A DNA stretch of 64,000 nt from Prevotellaceae bacterium (GTDB lineage: Bacteria > Bacteroidota > Bacteroidia > Bacteroidales > UBA932): the NCBI GenBank assembly GCA_031258195.1, contig JAIRNF010000034.1, positions 9,589 through 73,588 on the forward strand. Reading direction: 5' to 3'. The position numbers and the translations under genes are program-made. Below the pieces are notes generated by a model that was not told the DNA's origin, ran no database searches, and was given only the letters and a program-made list of their open reading frames with translations. Numbering within the stretch: the first letter of the stretch is position 1; the number at the start of each line of letters is the position of its first letter. This document shows positions 55,934 to 64,000 of the stretch, piece after piece.

Positions 55934-58546
55934 ATGAGCCCGAAAAAAGTAGCAGAAACACCATTAATGCAGCAGTACACAACGATTAAGGCAAAGCACC
56001 CCGATGCCATACTGCTGTTTCGTATGGGCGATTTTTATGAGACTTTTGGCGAGGATGCAATAAAAACCAGCGAGATACTCGGCATAACCCTTACAAAACG
56101 CGCTAATGGTGCGGCAGCATCGGTTGAGTTGGCAGGTTTTCCGCACCATGCAATAGAAACGTATTTGCCTAAGCTGGTGCGTGCTGGACAGCGTGTTGCT
56201 ATTTGCGAACAGCTGGAAGACCCGAAGCTGACAAAGAAGTTGGTTAAGCGTGGTGTAACGGAGCTGGTAACACCAGGAATTACCTTTAGTGATAACGTTC
56301 TTGAGTACCGCGAGAATAATTTTCTTGCTTGTGTACATATTGATAAGAATGTTGCCGGAGTAGCTTTTCTGGATGCTTCAACAGGCGAATTTTATGTAGG
56401 GCAGGGTACTTTTGAGTATGTAGATAAGCTGTTGAGCAATTTTTCTCCTAAAGAGGTCTTATTTCAGCGCGGTAAAGACGATAAGTTTACCAAGTATTTT
56501 GGTAATAAGCTATATACTTATAAGTTGGATGAATGGGCTTTCTCAGAGTCTGCCACATATGATAAGCTGGTAAACCATTTTAAAACACCATCGTTAAAAG
56601 GATTCGGTATAGAAAACTATACATACGGAATTGTTGCTGCCGGTGCTATTTTGTTTTATCTCGAGCTGACTCAACACGATAAAATCCGTCATATTACATC
56701 AGTTTCACGTATTGACGAAGACCGCTATGTTTGGCTTGATAGGTTTACCGTACGCAACCTCGAACTTTTCGATTCGCTCAACGAAAATGCTCGCACGCTT
56801 ATCAGCATTATAGATAAAACGGTTTCTCCAATGGGTGCCCGCTTGCTGAGGCGTTGGGTATCGTTGCCGATAAAGGAAATTAAACCGATAAACGACAGGC
56901 TTGATGTGGTAGATTATTTTCTATCGGATGAAGATGGTGCCCAAGCCGTTTCTTCTAAGTTATATGAGGTAGGGGATATCGAGCGATTAATATCAAAGGC
57001 ATCGGTAGGGCGTATCCTTCCGCGCGAAGTTGTGCAGCTTAAGGTTGCGCTAGTAGCTATAGAGCCTATTAAAAGATACTGCGAGCGGGCTGATAATGCT
57101 ATGCTACACAAGATTGGTGAACAGTTGAACGTGTGTAAAAGTATTCGTGATAGAATTGAAAAGGAAATACTCCCGGAGCCATCAAACCAGCTGGCAAAGG
57201 GTAGCGTTATTGCAAACGGTGTAAATAACGATTTGGACGAGCTGCGTAACATTACCAAAAATAGCAAAGAATTTTTGCTGCAAATTCAGCAGCGTGAGAT
57301 AGAGCGTACAGGTATCACTTCGCTAAAGATCAGTTTCAACAATGTTTTCGGTTACTACATAGAAGTTCGTAATACACATAAAGATAAAGTACCATCCGAA
57401 TGGATACGTAAGCAAACGCTTGTAGGCGCCGAGCGTTATATTACCGAGGAGTTGAAGGTATATGAAGAAAAAATTCTGGGCGCCGAAGAAAAGATGCTTG
57501 CCATAGAGCAGCAGCTCTTTAACGATATTGTGATGAGTCTGCTGGATTATGTCAGCGCTATACAGCTGAACGCGGCACTGCTTGCCCAGTTTGATTGCTT
57601 GCTGTCATTCGCTCAGCTGGCATCGGCATATAACTACTGTCGCCCTCAGCTGGTAGAAGATGATGTTATTGATATCCGTCAGGGACGCCATCCTGTAATA
57701 GAGCGTTTGCTACCCGCCGGAGAGATATATATTGCTAACGATGTTTTTCTGGATGGAAAAGATCAGCAGATTATAATTATTACAGGACCGAACATGTCGG
57801 GTAAGTCGGCATTATTACGCCAAACGGCACTTATAGTATTGCTGGCGCAAATAGGTTGCTATGTGCCAGCAGAGGCTGCAACTCTTGGTACTGTGGATAA
57901 AATCTTTACCCGTGTGGGCGCCAGCGATAACATATCGCAAGGCGAATCTACTTTTATGGTAGAAATGACCGAAACGGCAAGTATTCTCAATAACCTGTCG
58001 AGCAGGTCGCTGGTATTACTCGATGAGATTGGTCGTGGAACAAGTACCTACGACGGTATATCTATTGCCTGGGCTATGGTTGAGTATATACACGAGCATC
58101 CGCAAGCGAGGGCTAAAACGCTGTTTGCAACGCACTACCATGAACTGAACAAAATGGAATCGTCGTTCGGACGTATTAAGAACTATAACGTTAGCGTGAA
58201 AGAGCTGGAAGATACGGTAATCTTTTTGCGAAAATTGGTACGTGGCGGAAGCGAACATAGTTTCGGTATTCATGTAGCCCAAATGGCAGGTATGCCTCAA
58301 AGCGTTGTAAACAGGGCAACAGCCATTCTTAAGGAGATGGAAGGTTCTAACAGAAAGAATCCGCTGGAAAAGCCCATAAACGATATGGCAGGACAGCGCG
58401 AAGGCTACCAGCTAAGTTTTTTCCAGCTGGACGATCCTGTGCTGAAACAAATACGTGACGAGGTAAAGAATCTCGATCTCAATAATCTTACACCTATAGA
58501 GGCTTTAAATAAGCTGAACGAAATTAAGAAACTGACAGGATTATAG
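55934..58546 (+). CDS. mutS: DNA mismatch repair protein MutS
   Basis: 870 aa. TPLMQQY..IK......[11 protein letters not shown], the Walker A GPNMSGKS, and STFMVEM...[13 protein letters not shown]. Confidence 0.95.
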   Translation: MSPKKVAETPLMQQYTTIKAKHPDAILLFRMGDFYETFGEDAIKTSEILGITLTKRANGAAASVELAGFPHHAIETYLPKLVRAGQRVAICEQLEDPKLTKKLVKRGVTELVTPGITFSDNVLEYRENNFLACVHIDKNVAGVAFLDASTGEFYVGQGTFEYVDKLLSNFSPKEVLFQRGKDDKFTKYFGNKLYTYKLDEWAFSESATYDKLVNHFKTPSLKGFGIENYTYGIVAAGAILFYLELTQHDKIRHITSVSRIDEDRYVWLDRFTVRNLELFDSLNENARTLISIIDKTVSPMGARLLRRWVSLPIKEIKPINDRLDVVDYFLSDEDGAQAVSSKLYEVGDIERLISKASVGRILPREVVQLKVALVAIEPIKRYCERADNAMLHKIGEQLNVCKSIRDRIEKEILPEPSNQLAKGSVIANGVNNDLDELRNITKNSKEFLLQIQQREIERTGITSLKISFNNVFGYYIEVRNTHKDKVPSEWIRKQTLVGAERYITEELKVYEEKILGAEEKMLAIEQQLFNDIVMSLLDYVSAIQLNAALLAQFDCLLSFAQLASAYNYCRPQLVEDDVIDIRQGRHPVIERLLPAGEIYIANDVFLDGKDQQIIIITGPNMSGKSALLRQTALIVLLAQIGCYVPAEAATLGTVDKIFTRVGASDNISQGESTFMVEMTETASILNNLSSRSLVLLDEIGRGTSTYDGISIAWAMVEYIHEHPQARAKTLFATHYHELNKMESSFGRIKNYNVSVKELEDTVIFLRKLVRGGSEHSFGIHVAQMAGMPQSVVNRATAILKEMEGSNRKNPLEKPINDMAGQREGYQLSFFQLDDPVLKQIRDEVKNLDLNNLTPIEALNKLNEIKKLTGL

Positions 58547-58564
58547 TTTCTTCTAATTTTGAAA

Positions 58565-58720
58565 ATGGAGCAACTCTACATAGAAGATAAAACCTTTGAA
58601 AAGGTTGATTTTAGAGAGATCAGCTGGAAAATGGAGAGTACGAAAATTGTACAATTATCGAAACCAAAATATTTACCTGTCTTTACACAAAGAACTTAGA
58701 AAATTACCACTTAACTAATC
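58565..58720 (+). pseudogene. frameshifted, truncated N-terminal remnant of a pentapeptide-repeat-type gene
   Basis: Own translation: MEQLYIEDKTFEKVDFREI.... A +2 frame then gives LENGEYENCTIIETKIFTCLYTKNLEN. This resembles the IEDQTFEKIDF...GEYENCTF N-terminus of Bacteroidota pentapeptide-repeat proteins, from memory. Confidence 0.35.
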
Positions 58721-59136
58721 TTGAACCATTCTTTTTTTACAAAGTAATCTTTAAAAGCCGCACAGCTCTTACTTAAACGCTCGGTATTTTCGTGAACATA
58801 TTTAATGCCAGATTGTATGTTTGCTTTCTCGGGAAAAGCAGGAGCCGCCGCTGCCGTTTTTTCAAACTGTTCTCTGTAATCGCTACGTAGTATTATGTAA
58901 GCACAATCCCACGAATGGGCAGTACGCTCTATATTTTCCGAAAGAACGCCATAATTTTCTTCTGCAACCTCCAGCCCCCGTCTTACCTTTTTCAAGTTTG
59001 ATAGGTAGCCGTTATACATATCCACAACGTTGTTAGTCATGTCGATAATTTTAGAGGCATTAGCTTCTGCCGTTTGTGCCATTATAGAAGAAGTTGATAA
59101 CAGCAAGGCGACTGGAATGGTAGTTGTTATTTTCAT
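58711..59136 (-). CDS. secreted hypothetical protein (possibly a truncated N-terminal half of a longer lipoprotein family)
   Basis: 141 aa with a signal peptide (MKITTTIPVALLLSTSSIMAQ). Its stop overlaps the pentapeptide remnant. Confidence 0.5.
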   Translation of the reverse strand: MKITTTIPVALLLSTSSIMAQTAEANASKIIDMTNNVVDMYNGYLSNLKKVRRGLEVAEENYGVLSENIERTAHSWDCAYIILRSDYREQFEKTAAAAPAFPEKANIQSGIKYVHENTERLSKSCAAFKDYFVKKEWFKIS

Positions 59137-59348
59137 TAGTAATATGATTTAGTTAAATTGTTGTTTTTGTTAGCTGAATATTATTAATAGCACAAATATA
59201 GCTGATTAATAGTTGTTAATAAAGGGATGCTTATTACCTTGGTAAGGTTCTTACTATCAATAGCTAAAGCCGCAAAGTGTAGCTCAACAATAAAATTATT
59301 AACTTTGTAGTTTATCATAAAATCAACAACAAATAATCATTCTATTAA

Positions 59349-61988
59349 ATGGACGTACCTGCAAAATATAACCCGGCAGAAGTTGAAGACAAGTGGTACC
59401 AATATTGGTTAAAGAACCGCTTTTTTCATTCAGAACCTAACGATAGACCATCTTACTGTATTGTGATACCCCCCCCTAACGTTACAGGTGTATTGCATAT
59501 GGGGCATATGCTTAATAATACCATACAAGATGTATTAGTCCGTCGTGCGCGTATGCAGGGCTATAATGCTTGCTGGGTACCGGGTACCGACCATGCTTCT
59601 ATTGCAACCGAGGCGAAGGTTGTAGAACGTTTAAGAGCGCAGGGTATTGAGAAAAAATCAATCTCTCGCGATGAGTTTTTAAAATATGCTTGGGAGTGGA
59701 AAGAAGAGCATGGCGGTATTATTCTTAAGCAACTTGAAAAATTAGGCGCTTCATGCGATTGGGATAGGGCAACTTTTACCATGGATCCGAAGTATTCTGA
59801 AAGTGTGATTCGTGTATTCGTAGATCTTTATAAAAAAGACCTGATATATCGCGGAGTGCGGATGGTTAACTGGGATCCGAAGGCTAAAACCGCTATTTCC
59901 GACGAAGAGGTTATATATAAAGAAGTTCAAAGTAAGCTCTACTATCTTCGCTATATGATAGAGGGCGAGGATAGCTATGTCGTTATTGCTACAACCCGTC
60001 CTGAAACTATTTTGGGAGATACTGCCGTGTGCGTTAATCCTAGCGACCCTCGTTATCAACATCTCAAAGGAAAACGTGTGCTAGTTCCACTAATCAACCG
60101 CCCTGTTCCTGTTATTATGGACGACTATGTTGATATGGAGTTTGGTACAGGTGTGCTGAAAATCACTCCCGCTCATGACGTGAATGATTACGTTTTAGGA
60201 GATAAATATAACCTTCCGACTATTGATATCTTTAATGACGACGGTACGTTAAATGAAGATGCGCAGCTATATGTTGGTATGGATCGTTTTGCCGTTCGTA
60301 AGCAGATTGAGCACGATCTGCAGAATGCCGGATTACTCGACAAGGTTGAAGACTATATAAACAAAGTAGGCTTCTCAGAGCGTACCGATGTCGCTATTGA
60401 GCCCAAGCTTTCTATGCAGTGGTTTATAAAGATGAAAGAACTGTCGGAACCTGCGCTGGAGGCGGTTATGGAAGATGACGTATTGCTTTTTCCACCGAAG
60501 TTTAAGAATACCTACCGTCACTGGATGGAGAACATCAAAGACTGGTGTATCTCGCGCCAGCTATGGTGGGGACACCGTATCCCCGCATGGTATATGCTCG
60601 ATGGCGAATTTGTGGTTGCCGAAAATGAACACGACGCGCTGCATTTGGCTCGCGAGAAATCGGGGCTATCAGATTTGCAGCTATCAGATTTACGACAGGA
60701 TGAAGACTGCTTAGATACATGGTTCTCGTCATGGCTATGGCCTATATCTGTTTTTGATCCCGAACTTCCGGGATCGGAAGAAGCAGAACCTAACGACGAT
60801 TTCTCTTACTACTATCCGACTACCGACTTGGTTACCGCCCCCGAAATCCTTTTCTTTTGGGTGGCGCGTATGATTATTGCAGGGTACGAGTGGGCTGGCG
60901 GATATCCGTTCCGTAATGTTTATTTAACGGGAATTGTACGCGATAAGCAGGGACGTAAGATGTCGAAATCGCTCGGTAATTCTCCTGATCCGATTAAGCT
61001 GATGGAGCAGTATAGCGCCGACGGAGTACGTATGGGGATGTTGCTCTCTTCACCGGCGGGTAACGATATTTTGTTTGATGAATCTCTTTGCGAACAGGGG
61101 CGTAACTTCAACAATAAAATATGGAATGCCTTCCGTCTAGTTAAATCGTGGACAGTTGATAAGGAAAAAGAGCAGCCGTTATACGCTGAGCAGGCAGTTG
61201 AGTGGTTCAATACTAAGCTGAACAAAACCATAGAAGAGCTGAACGATGATTTTGAGAAGTATCGTTTATCGGAAGCTTTAATGCGTGTGTATAAGCTTTT
61301 CTGGGATGAGTTCTCATCATGGTATCTCGAACTGGTAAAGCCACCCTACGGCGAAGCAGTTGATAGTAAGACCTATCTTGCAACACTTATCTTATTTGAT
61401 GAGCTATTGAGGTTGCTTCATCCTTTTATGCCGTTTATTACCGAAGAAATCTGGCATTACTTGGTAGAGCGTAAAGAAAACGAAAGCATTATGGTTTCTC
61501 GCATGCCGCGTGCCGAAGAGTACGATGAAGCCGTTCTTACTAACGGAGAGCGTATGAAAGAGCTAATAACCGGAATACGTAATATACGAAAAGAGCGGAA
61601 TATTCCACAAAAAGATACTTTAGAACTCTTTATAAACGGAGAACACCCAGCTGAAATTGATAGCATGGTTGCTAAACTGGCAAACTTAGAAAAAATAACA
61701 CCCAGCGAAGAGAAACCTGCTAACGCCTCGTCATTCCTAATCGGGACTATAGAATACCATATTCCGTTGGGAGATATGCTGAATGTAGAAGAGGAGCTGA
61801 AGAAATTAAGCGAGGAGCTGAAATATTTACAAGGTTTCTTAGTATCGGTGCGGAAGAAGTTGAGCAACGAAAAGTTTCTAAGTGGTGCGCCGGAGCATGT
61901 AGTGGCTGTTGAACGCCAGAAGCAAGCCGATGCCGAAAGTAAAATTAAAACTCTGGAAGAGCGTATTGCTGAGCTGGGCAACCTCTAA
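59349..61988 (+). CDS. valS: valine--tRNA ligase
   Basis: 879 aa. [13 protein letters not shown] (HIGH), [10 protein letters not shown] (KMSKS), and a C-terminal coiled coil. Confidence 0.95.
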   Translation: MDVPAKYNPAEVEDKWYQYWLKNRFFHSEPNDRPSYCIVIPPPNVTGVLHMGHMLNNTIQDVLVRRARMQGYNACWVPGTDHASIATEAKVVERLRAQGIEKKSISRDEFLKYAWEWKEEHGGIILKQLEKLGASCDWDRATFTMDPKYSESVIRVFVDLYKKDLIYRGVRMVNWDPKAKTAISDEEVIYKEVQSKLYYLRYMIEGEDSYVVIATTRPETILGDTAVCVNPSDPRYQHLKGKRVLVPLINRPVPVIMDDYVDMEFGTGVLKITPAHDVNDYVLGDKYNLPTIDIFNDDGTLNEDAQLYVGMDRFAVRKQIEHDLQNAGLLDKVEDYINKVGFSERTDVAIEPKLSMQWFIKMKELSEPALEAVMEDDVLLFPPKFKNTYRHWMENIKDWCISRQLWWGHRIPAWYMLDGEFVVAENEHDALHLAREKSGLSDLQLSDLRQDEDCLDTWFSSWLWPISVFDPELPGSEEAEPNDDFSYYYPTTDLVTAPEILFFWVARMIIAGYEWAGGYPFRNVYLTGIVRDKQGRKMSKSLGNSPDPIKLMEQYSADGVRMGMLLSSPAGNDILFDESLCEQGRNFNNKIWNAFRLVKSWTVDKEKEQPLYAEQAVEWFNTKLNKTIEELNDDFEKYRLSEALMRVYKLFWDEFSSWYLELVKPPYGEAVDSKTYLATLILFDELLRLLHPFMPFITEEIWHYLVERKENESIMVSRMPRAEEYDEAVLTNGERMKELITGIRNIRKERNIPQKDTLELFINGEHPAEIDSMVAKLANLEKITPSEEKPANASSFLIGTIEYHIPLGDMLNVEEELKKLSEELKYLQGFLVSVRKKLSNEKFLSGAPEHVVAVERQKQADAESKIKTLEERIAELGNL

Positions 61989-62029
61989 ATACTGGCGGCT
62001 AAGAAGGACTCTTTAAAAAATTTATAAAT

Positions 62030-62114
62030 CGTCATGCCGAATGAAGTGAAGCATCTGTTGAATAGTGACAATACGCACTAAACGAACAGATGCTTCACTT
62101 CATTCGGCATGACG
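62030..62114. repeat. palindromic intergenic repeat, long form (perfect 30-bp arms)
   Basis: CGTCATGCCGAATGAAGTGAAGCATCTGTT pairs with AACAGATGCTTCACTTCATTCGGCATGACG. The spacer starts with GAATAGTGA (reading TGTTGAATAGTGA across the left-arm junction). Confidence 0.9.
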
Positions 62115-62185
62115 GGAAAGTTTAGCTTTTAGGAGAACTTCTTCTTTTTACCTTTGCACATCAAAAACCATTAATCAGCTAAAGC

Positions 62186-63088
62186 GTGTCATCTAACTCT
62201 AAAAAGCTAAGTTATAATCAGGGTATTATATATGCCATAGTATGTTATATTGCATGGGGACTTTTCCCTATCTTTTGGAAAGCCATTACCGGCGTGCCAT
62301 CTGTAAACATACTAGCACACCGTATTGTTTGGTCTTTTGCATTTCTCTTCATCTGGGTTGCGTTTACCAATCGGCAAACCTTTATTGCTTATGTAAAGCA
62401 GCCTAAGCTGGTATTTCGATTGGGATTAGCAGGGTTCATTATAAGCGCCAACTGGGGTACATATATCTATGCGGTAGAGAGCAACCATATCGTAGAAGCC
62501 GGGTTGGGCTATTATATCAATCCGCTGGTAAACGTTTTTCTTGGCTATATATTCTTAAAAGAACGTTTAGCCCCAATGCAGAAAATTGCGGTAGTACTGG
62601 CTCTTATTGGGGCGGGCTATTTTACCATAAGCTATGGTAAGGTACCCTGGATTGCGTTAATCTTAGCCGCAACTTTTGGCGTATATGGGTTGCTGAAAAA
62701 GAAAGCCAATCTCGAATCTATGCCTGCTCTGGCGGTAGAAACTATGGTGGTTTTTCCTTTTGCGTTGGCATTCTTATTTTACACAAGCGCTAGTCAAGGT
62801 ACCACGTTCTTCCCATCATCTGCTGTTACAAGTTTGTTGTTAGTGGCAAGCGGTATTGTTACCGCCCTCCCATTATTCTGGTTTGGAAAATCGGCACAGG
62901 TTATCCCATTGTCAACATTAGGGTTTATACAATATCTGAGTCCGACGCTCCAGCTTCTTCTCGGAATATTTATTTATGGCGAAACATTTGGCATAGAGTA
63001 TCTTATTTGTTTTGCTTTTGTGTGGGCGGGCTTGGCATTTTATACTCTCAGCATTCTTAGAGGAAAAAAAGTTACTATAGCGAGGTAG
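62186..63088 (+). CDS. rarD: EamA/RarD-family transporter
   Basis: 300 aa from a GTG start, with ten TM segments. GIIYAIVCYIAWGLFPIFWK and GYYINPLVNVFLG are RarD-type motifs. Confidence 0.8.
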   Translation: MSSNSKKLSYNQGIIYAIVCYIAWGLFPIFWKAITGVPSVNILAHRIVWSFAFLFIWVAFTNRQTFIAYVKQPKLVFRLGLAGFIISANWGTYIYAVESNHIVEAGLGYYINPLVNVFLGYIFLKERLAPMQKIAVVLALIGAGYFTISYGKVPWIALILAATFGVYGLLKKKANLESMPALAVETMVVFPFALAFLFYTSASQGTTFFPSSAVTSLLLVASGIVTALPLFWFGKSAQVIPLSTLGFIQYLSPTLQLLLGIFIYGETFGIEYLICFAFVWAGLAFYTLSILRGKKVTIAR

Positions 63089-63134
63089 CGGCTGGTTTTT
63101 TACTATATTTGTTTTAAACCAAATACCATGAGTT

Positions 63135-63581
63135 ATGGCAATTGATAGAATGGATTGGCACTACGGTGGTGATTTCCCCGAAGGGCTTCCCGAAGAAAAC
63201 GGCGGCACACATATCGGCATTTACTTAGCCTGGATTATTAATAACGGATTGGAAGGCGATTTTCATAGGGAGGAATCGGCAGAAGAGCTGGAGAAAGTTC
63301 GTAAACGTGAGATGACCGGTCGCGACTTTTTACAAAAAATGTGCGACGAAAAATTTTGGGATGAAGACCTCAGCGAAGAAGGCTACGATTTTACTTTAGA
63401 CTACTATAGTAACGAAGAGGGATATGTAGAAGGCGGCTACGTAAGTGATTATGAAAAAGTACTTGTAGAAGGTAAATACGAAAGTGTTTATCATGTAGAT
63501 GATACATGGGAAAACTACGATAAGATAGCTTCTGTTATTACCCAGAAATATGAGCAGTGGAAGGTAAAGCAGAGCAAATAA
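63135..63581 (+). CDS. acidic cytoplasmic hypothetical protein
   Basis: 148 aa. MAIDRMDWHYGGDFPEGLPEENGGTHIGIYLAWIINNGL.... No family is assigned. Confidence 0.55.
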   Translation: MAIDRMDWHYGGDFPEGLPEENGGTHIGIYLAWIINNGLEGDFHREESAEELEKVRKREMTGRDFLQKMCDEKFWDEDLSEEGYDFTLDYYSNEEGYVEGGYVSDYEKVLVEGKYESVYHVDDTWENYDKIASVITQKYEQWKVKQSK

Positions 63582-63611
63582 AAGGAGAGCGTGGTAAAAA
63601 ACTAATTTATT

Positions 63612-63694
63612 CGTCATGTCGAACATAATGAGACATCTCCTCATTCGGAGCAGTACTGCTTTTCTGGAGATTTCTCACTTCAGTCGGAATGACG
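63612..63694. repeat. palindromic intergenic repeat, long form
   Basis: CGTCATGTCGAACATAATGAGACATCTCC pairs with GGAGATTTCTCACTTCAGTCGGAATGACG. Confidence 0.85.
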
Positions 63695-63740
63695 GTTTAC
63701 AGTCTTCTACTACGCTTTTGTTTTTCTTACATTTATGTAC

Positions 63741-64000
63741 CTATTTGTTTTCATCCATAAAATCTACTATACCGGTCTCCATATCATAAACACCGCCAAT
63801 TATAGCAAATTCTCCTTTTTCTTCCATTTCGCGTAGTATAAAGCTTTTCTCACGTATCTTTTTAATGGCATGCTCTACGTTGTGGTAACAAACAGTTTCA
63901 ACAAATTTAGGGTTTTCAACATTCTGATCACCTATGAAAGATCTTTTAGCCAACGATACTGCAGACTGAATTTTGTTTAGCAATGTGGTAATATTGCCTG
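63741..64000 (-). CDS. C-terminal part of a beta-class carbonic anhydrase-like gene (5' end beyond right edge)
   Basis: ...HNVEHAIKKIREKSFILREMEEKGEFAIIGGVYDMETGIVDF resembles the beta-CA C-terminus (NV..Q...L.....G.L.I.G..YD..TG.V.F). The frame is open to position 64000. Confidence 0.5.
   Translation of the reverse strand, partial: GNITTLLNKIQSAVSLAKRSFIGDQNVENPKFVETVCYHNVEHAIKKIREKSFILREMEEKGEFAIIGGVYDMETGIVDFMDENK

Noticed and set aside
55789-56010. 73-aa minus-strand ORF upstream of and overlapping the mutS start.
   Set aside because: It overlaps the conserved mutS N-terminus in antisense and has no motif. It is probably spurious.
4462-63694. Whether the recurring CGTCATTTCG... repeats could be a CRISPR array or part of one.
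   Set aside because: The copies are kilobases apart in separate intergenic regions, are internally palindromic with variable spacers, and there are no regularly spaced direct repeats or cas genes.
1-64000. A search for tRNA, rRNA, tmRNA or RNase P RNA in the intergenic regions, by looking for T-loop GGTTCGAATCC-type motifs and long GC-rich structured stretches.
   Set aside because: None was found by eye. The only GGTTCAAG match (38088) belongs to the putative IS relic end. A proper tRNAscan/cmsearch run is still advisable.

Overview
This is a 64-kb chromosomal segment with Bacteroidota hallmarks: a SusC/RagA-type receptor, a T9SS PorV homologue, an LptF/G permease, and a TAnnTTTG-type promoter. 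About three quarters of it is ordinary housekeeping DNA (hemW, mqnD/mqnB, folE, rnpA/yidD, hemD, htpG, tsaB, tgt, frr, pyrH, lgt, mazG, mutS, valS, plus two large S9 peptidases, a flotillin pair and a TolC/HlyD pair). No rRNA, tRNA or CRISPR was seen.

Features the gene list does not explain:
1. A dispersed palindromic intergenic repeat (core CGTCATTTCGAACGAAGTGAGAAATCT) has 14 copies, in short-hairpin, long and insert-bearing forms.
2. A clear cobalamin riboswitch with its own promoter (38837-39002, +) has no downstream gene. It points antisense into a convergent nuclease-family gene.
3. Directly upstream of the riboswitch lies a strikingly GC-rich, frameshifted IS1595/ISXO2-like transposase relic.
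4. Several AT-rich islets carry decayed accessory genes:
- a GG-leader, 4-Cys peptide precursor next to a frameshifted TlpA-like thioredoxin-fold gene;
- an intact SPASM domain without its radical-SAM core, next to an S41 peptidase;
- a multiply frameshifted relic with an R-x4-H motif;
- an IS1595 element with ~34-bp inverted repeats abutting a 5'-truncated gene;
- an orphan GIY-YIG-like gene and a tandem-repeat secreted protein.
5. Four conserved genes carry 1-nt frameshifts, mostly in homopolymer runs: lgt (normally essential), focA, doxX and the tlpA-like gene. Consensus errors are therefore a serious alternative to real pseudogenisation.

No complete, obviously novel multi-gene system was recognised. 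The riboswitch/antisense arrangement, the repeat family and the GG-peptide locus are the best leads. All GC statements are by eye, and all homology calls are from memory of family signatures, not from searches.
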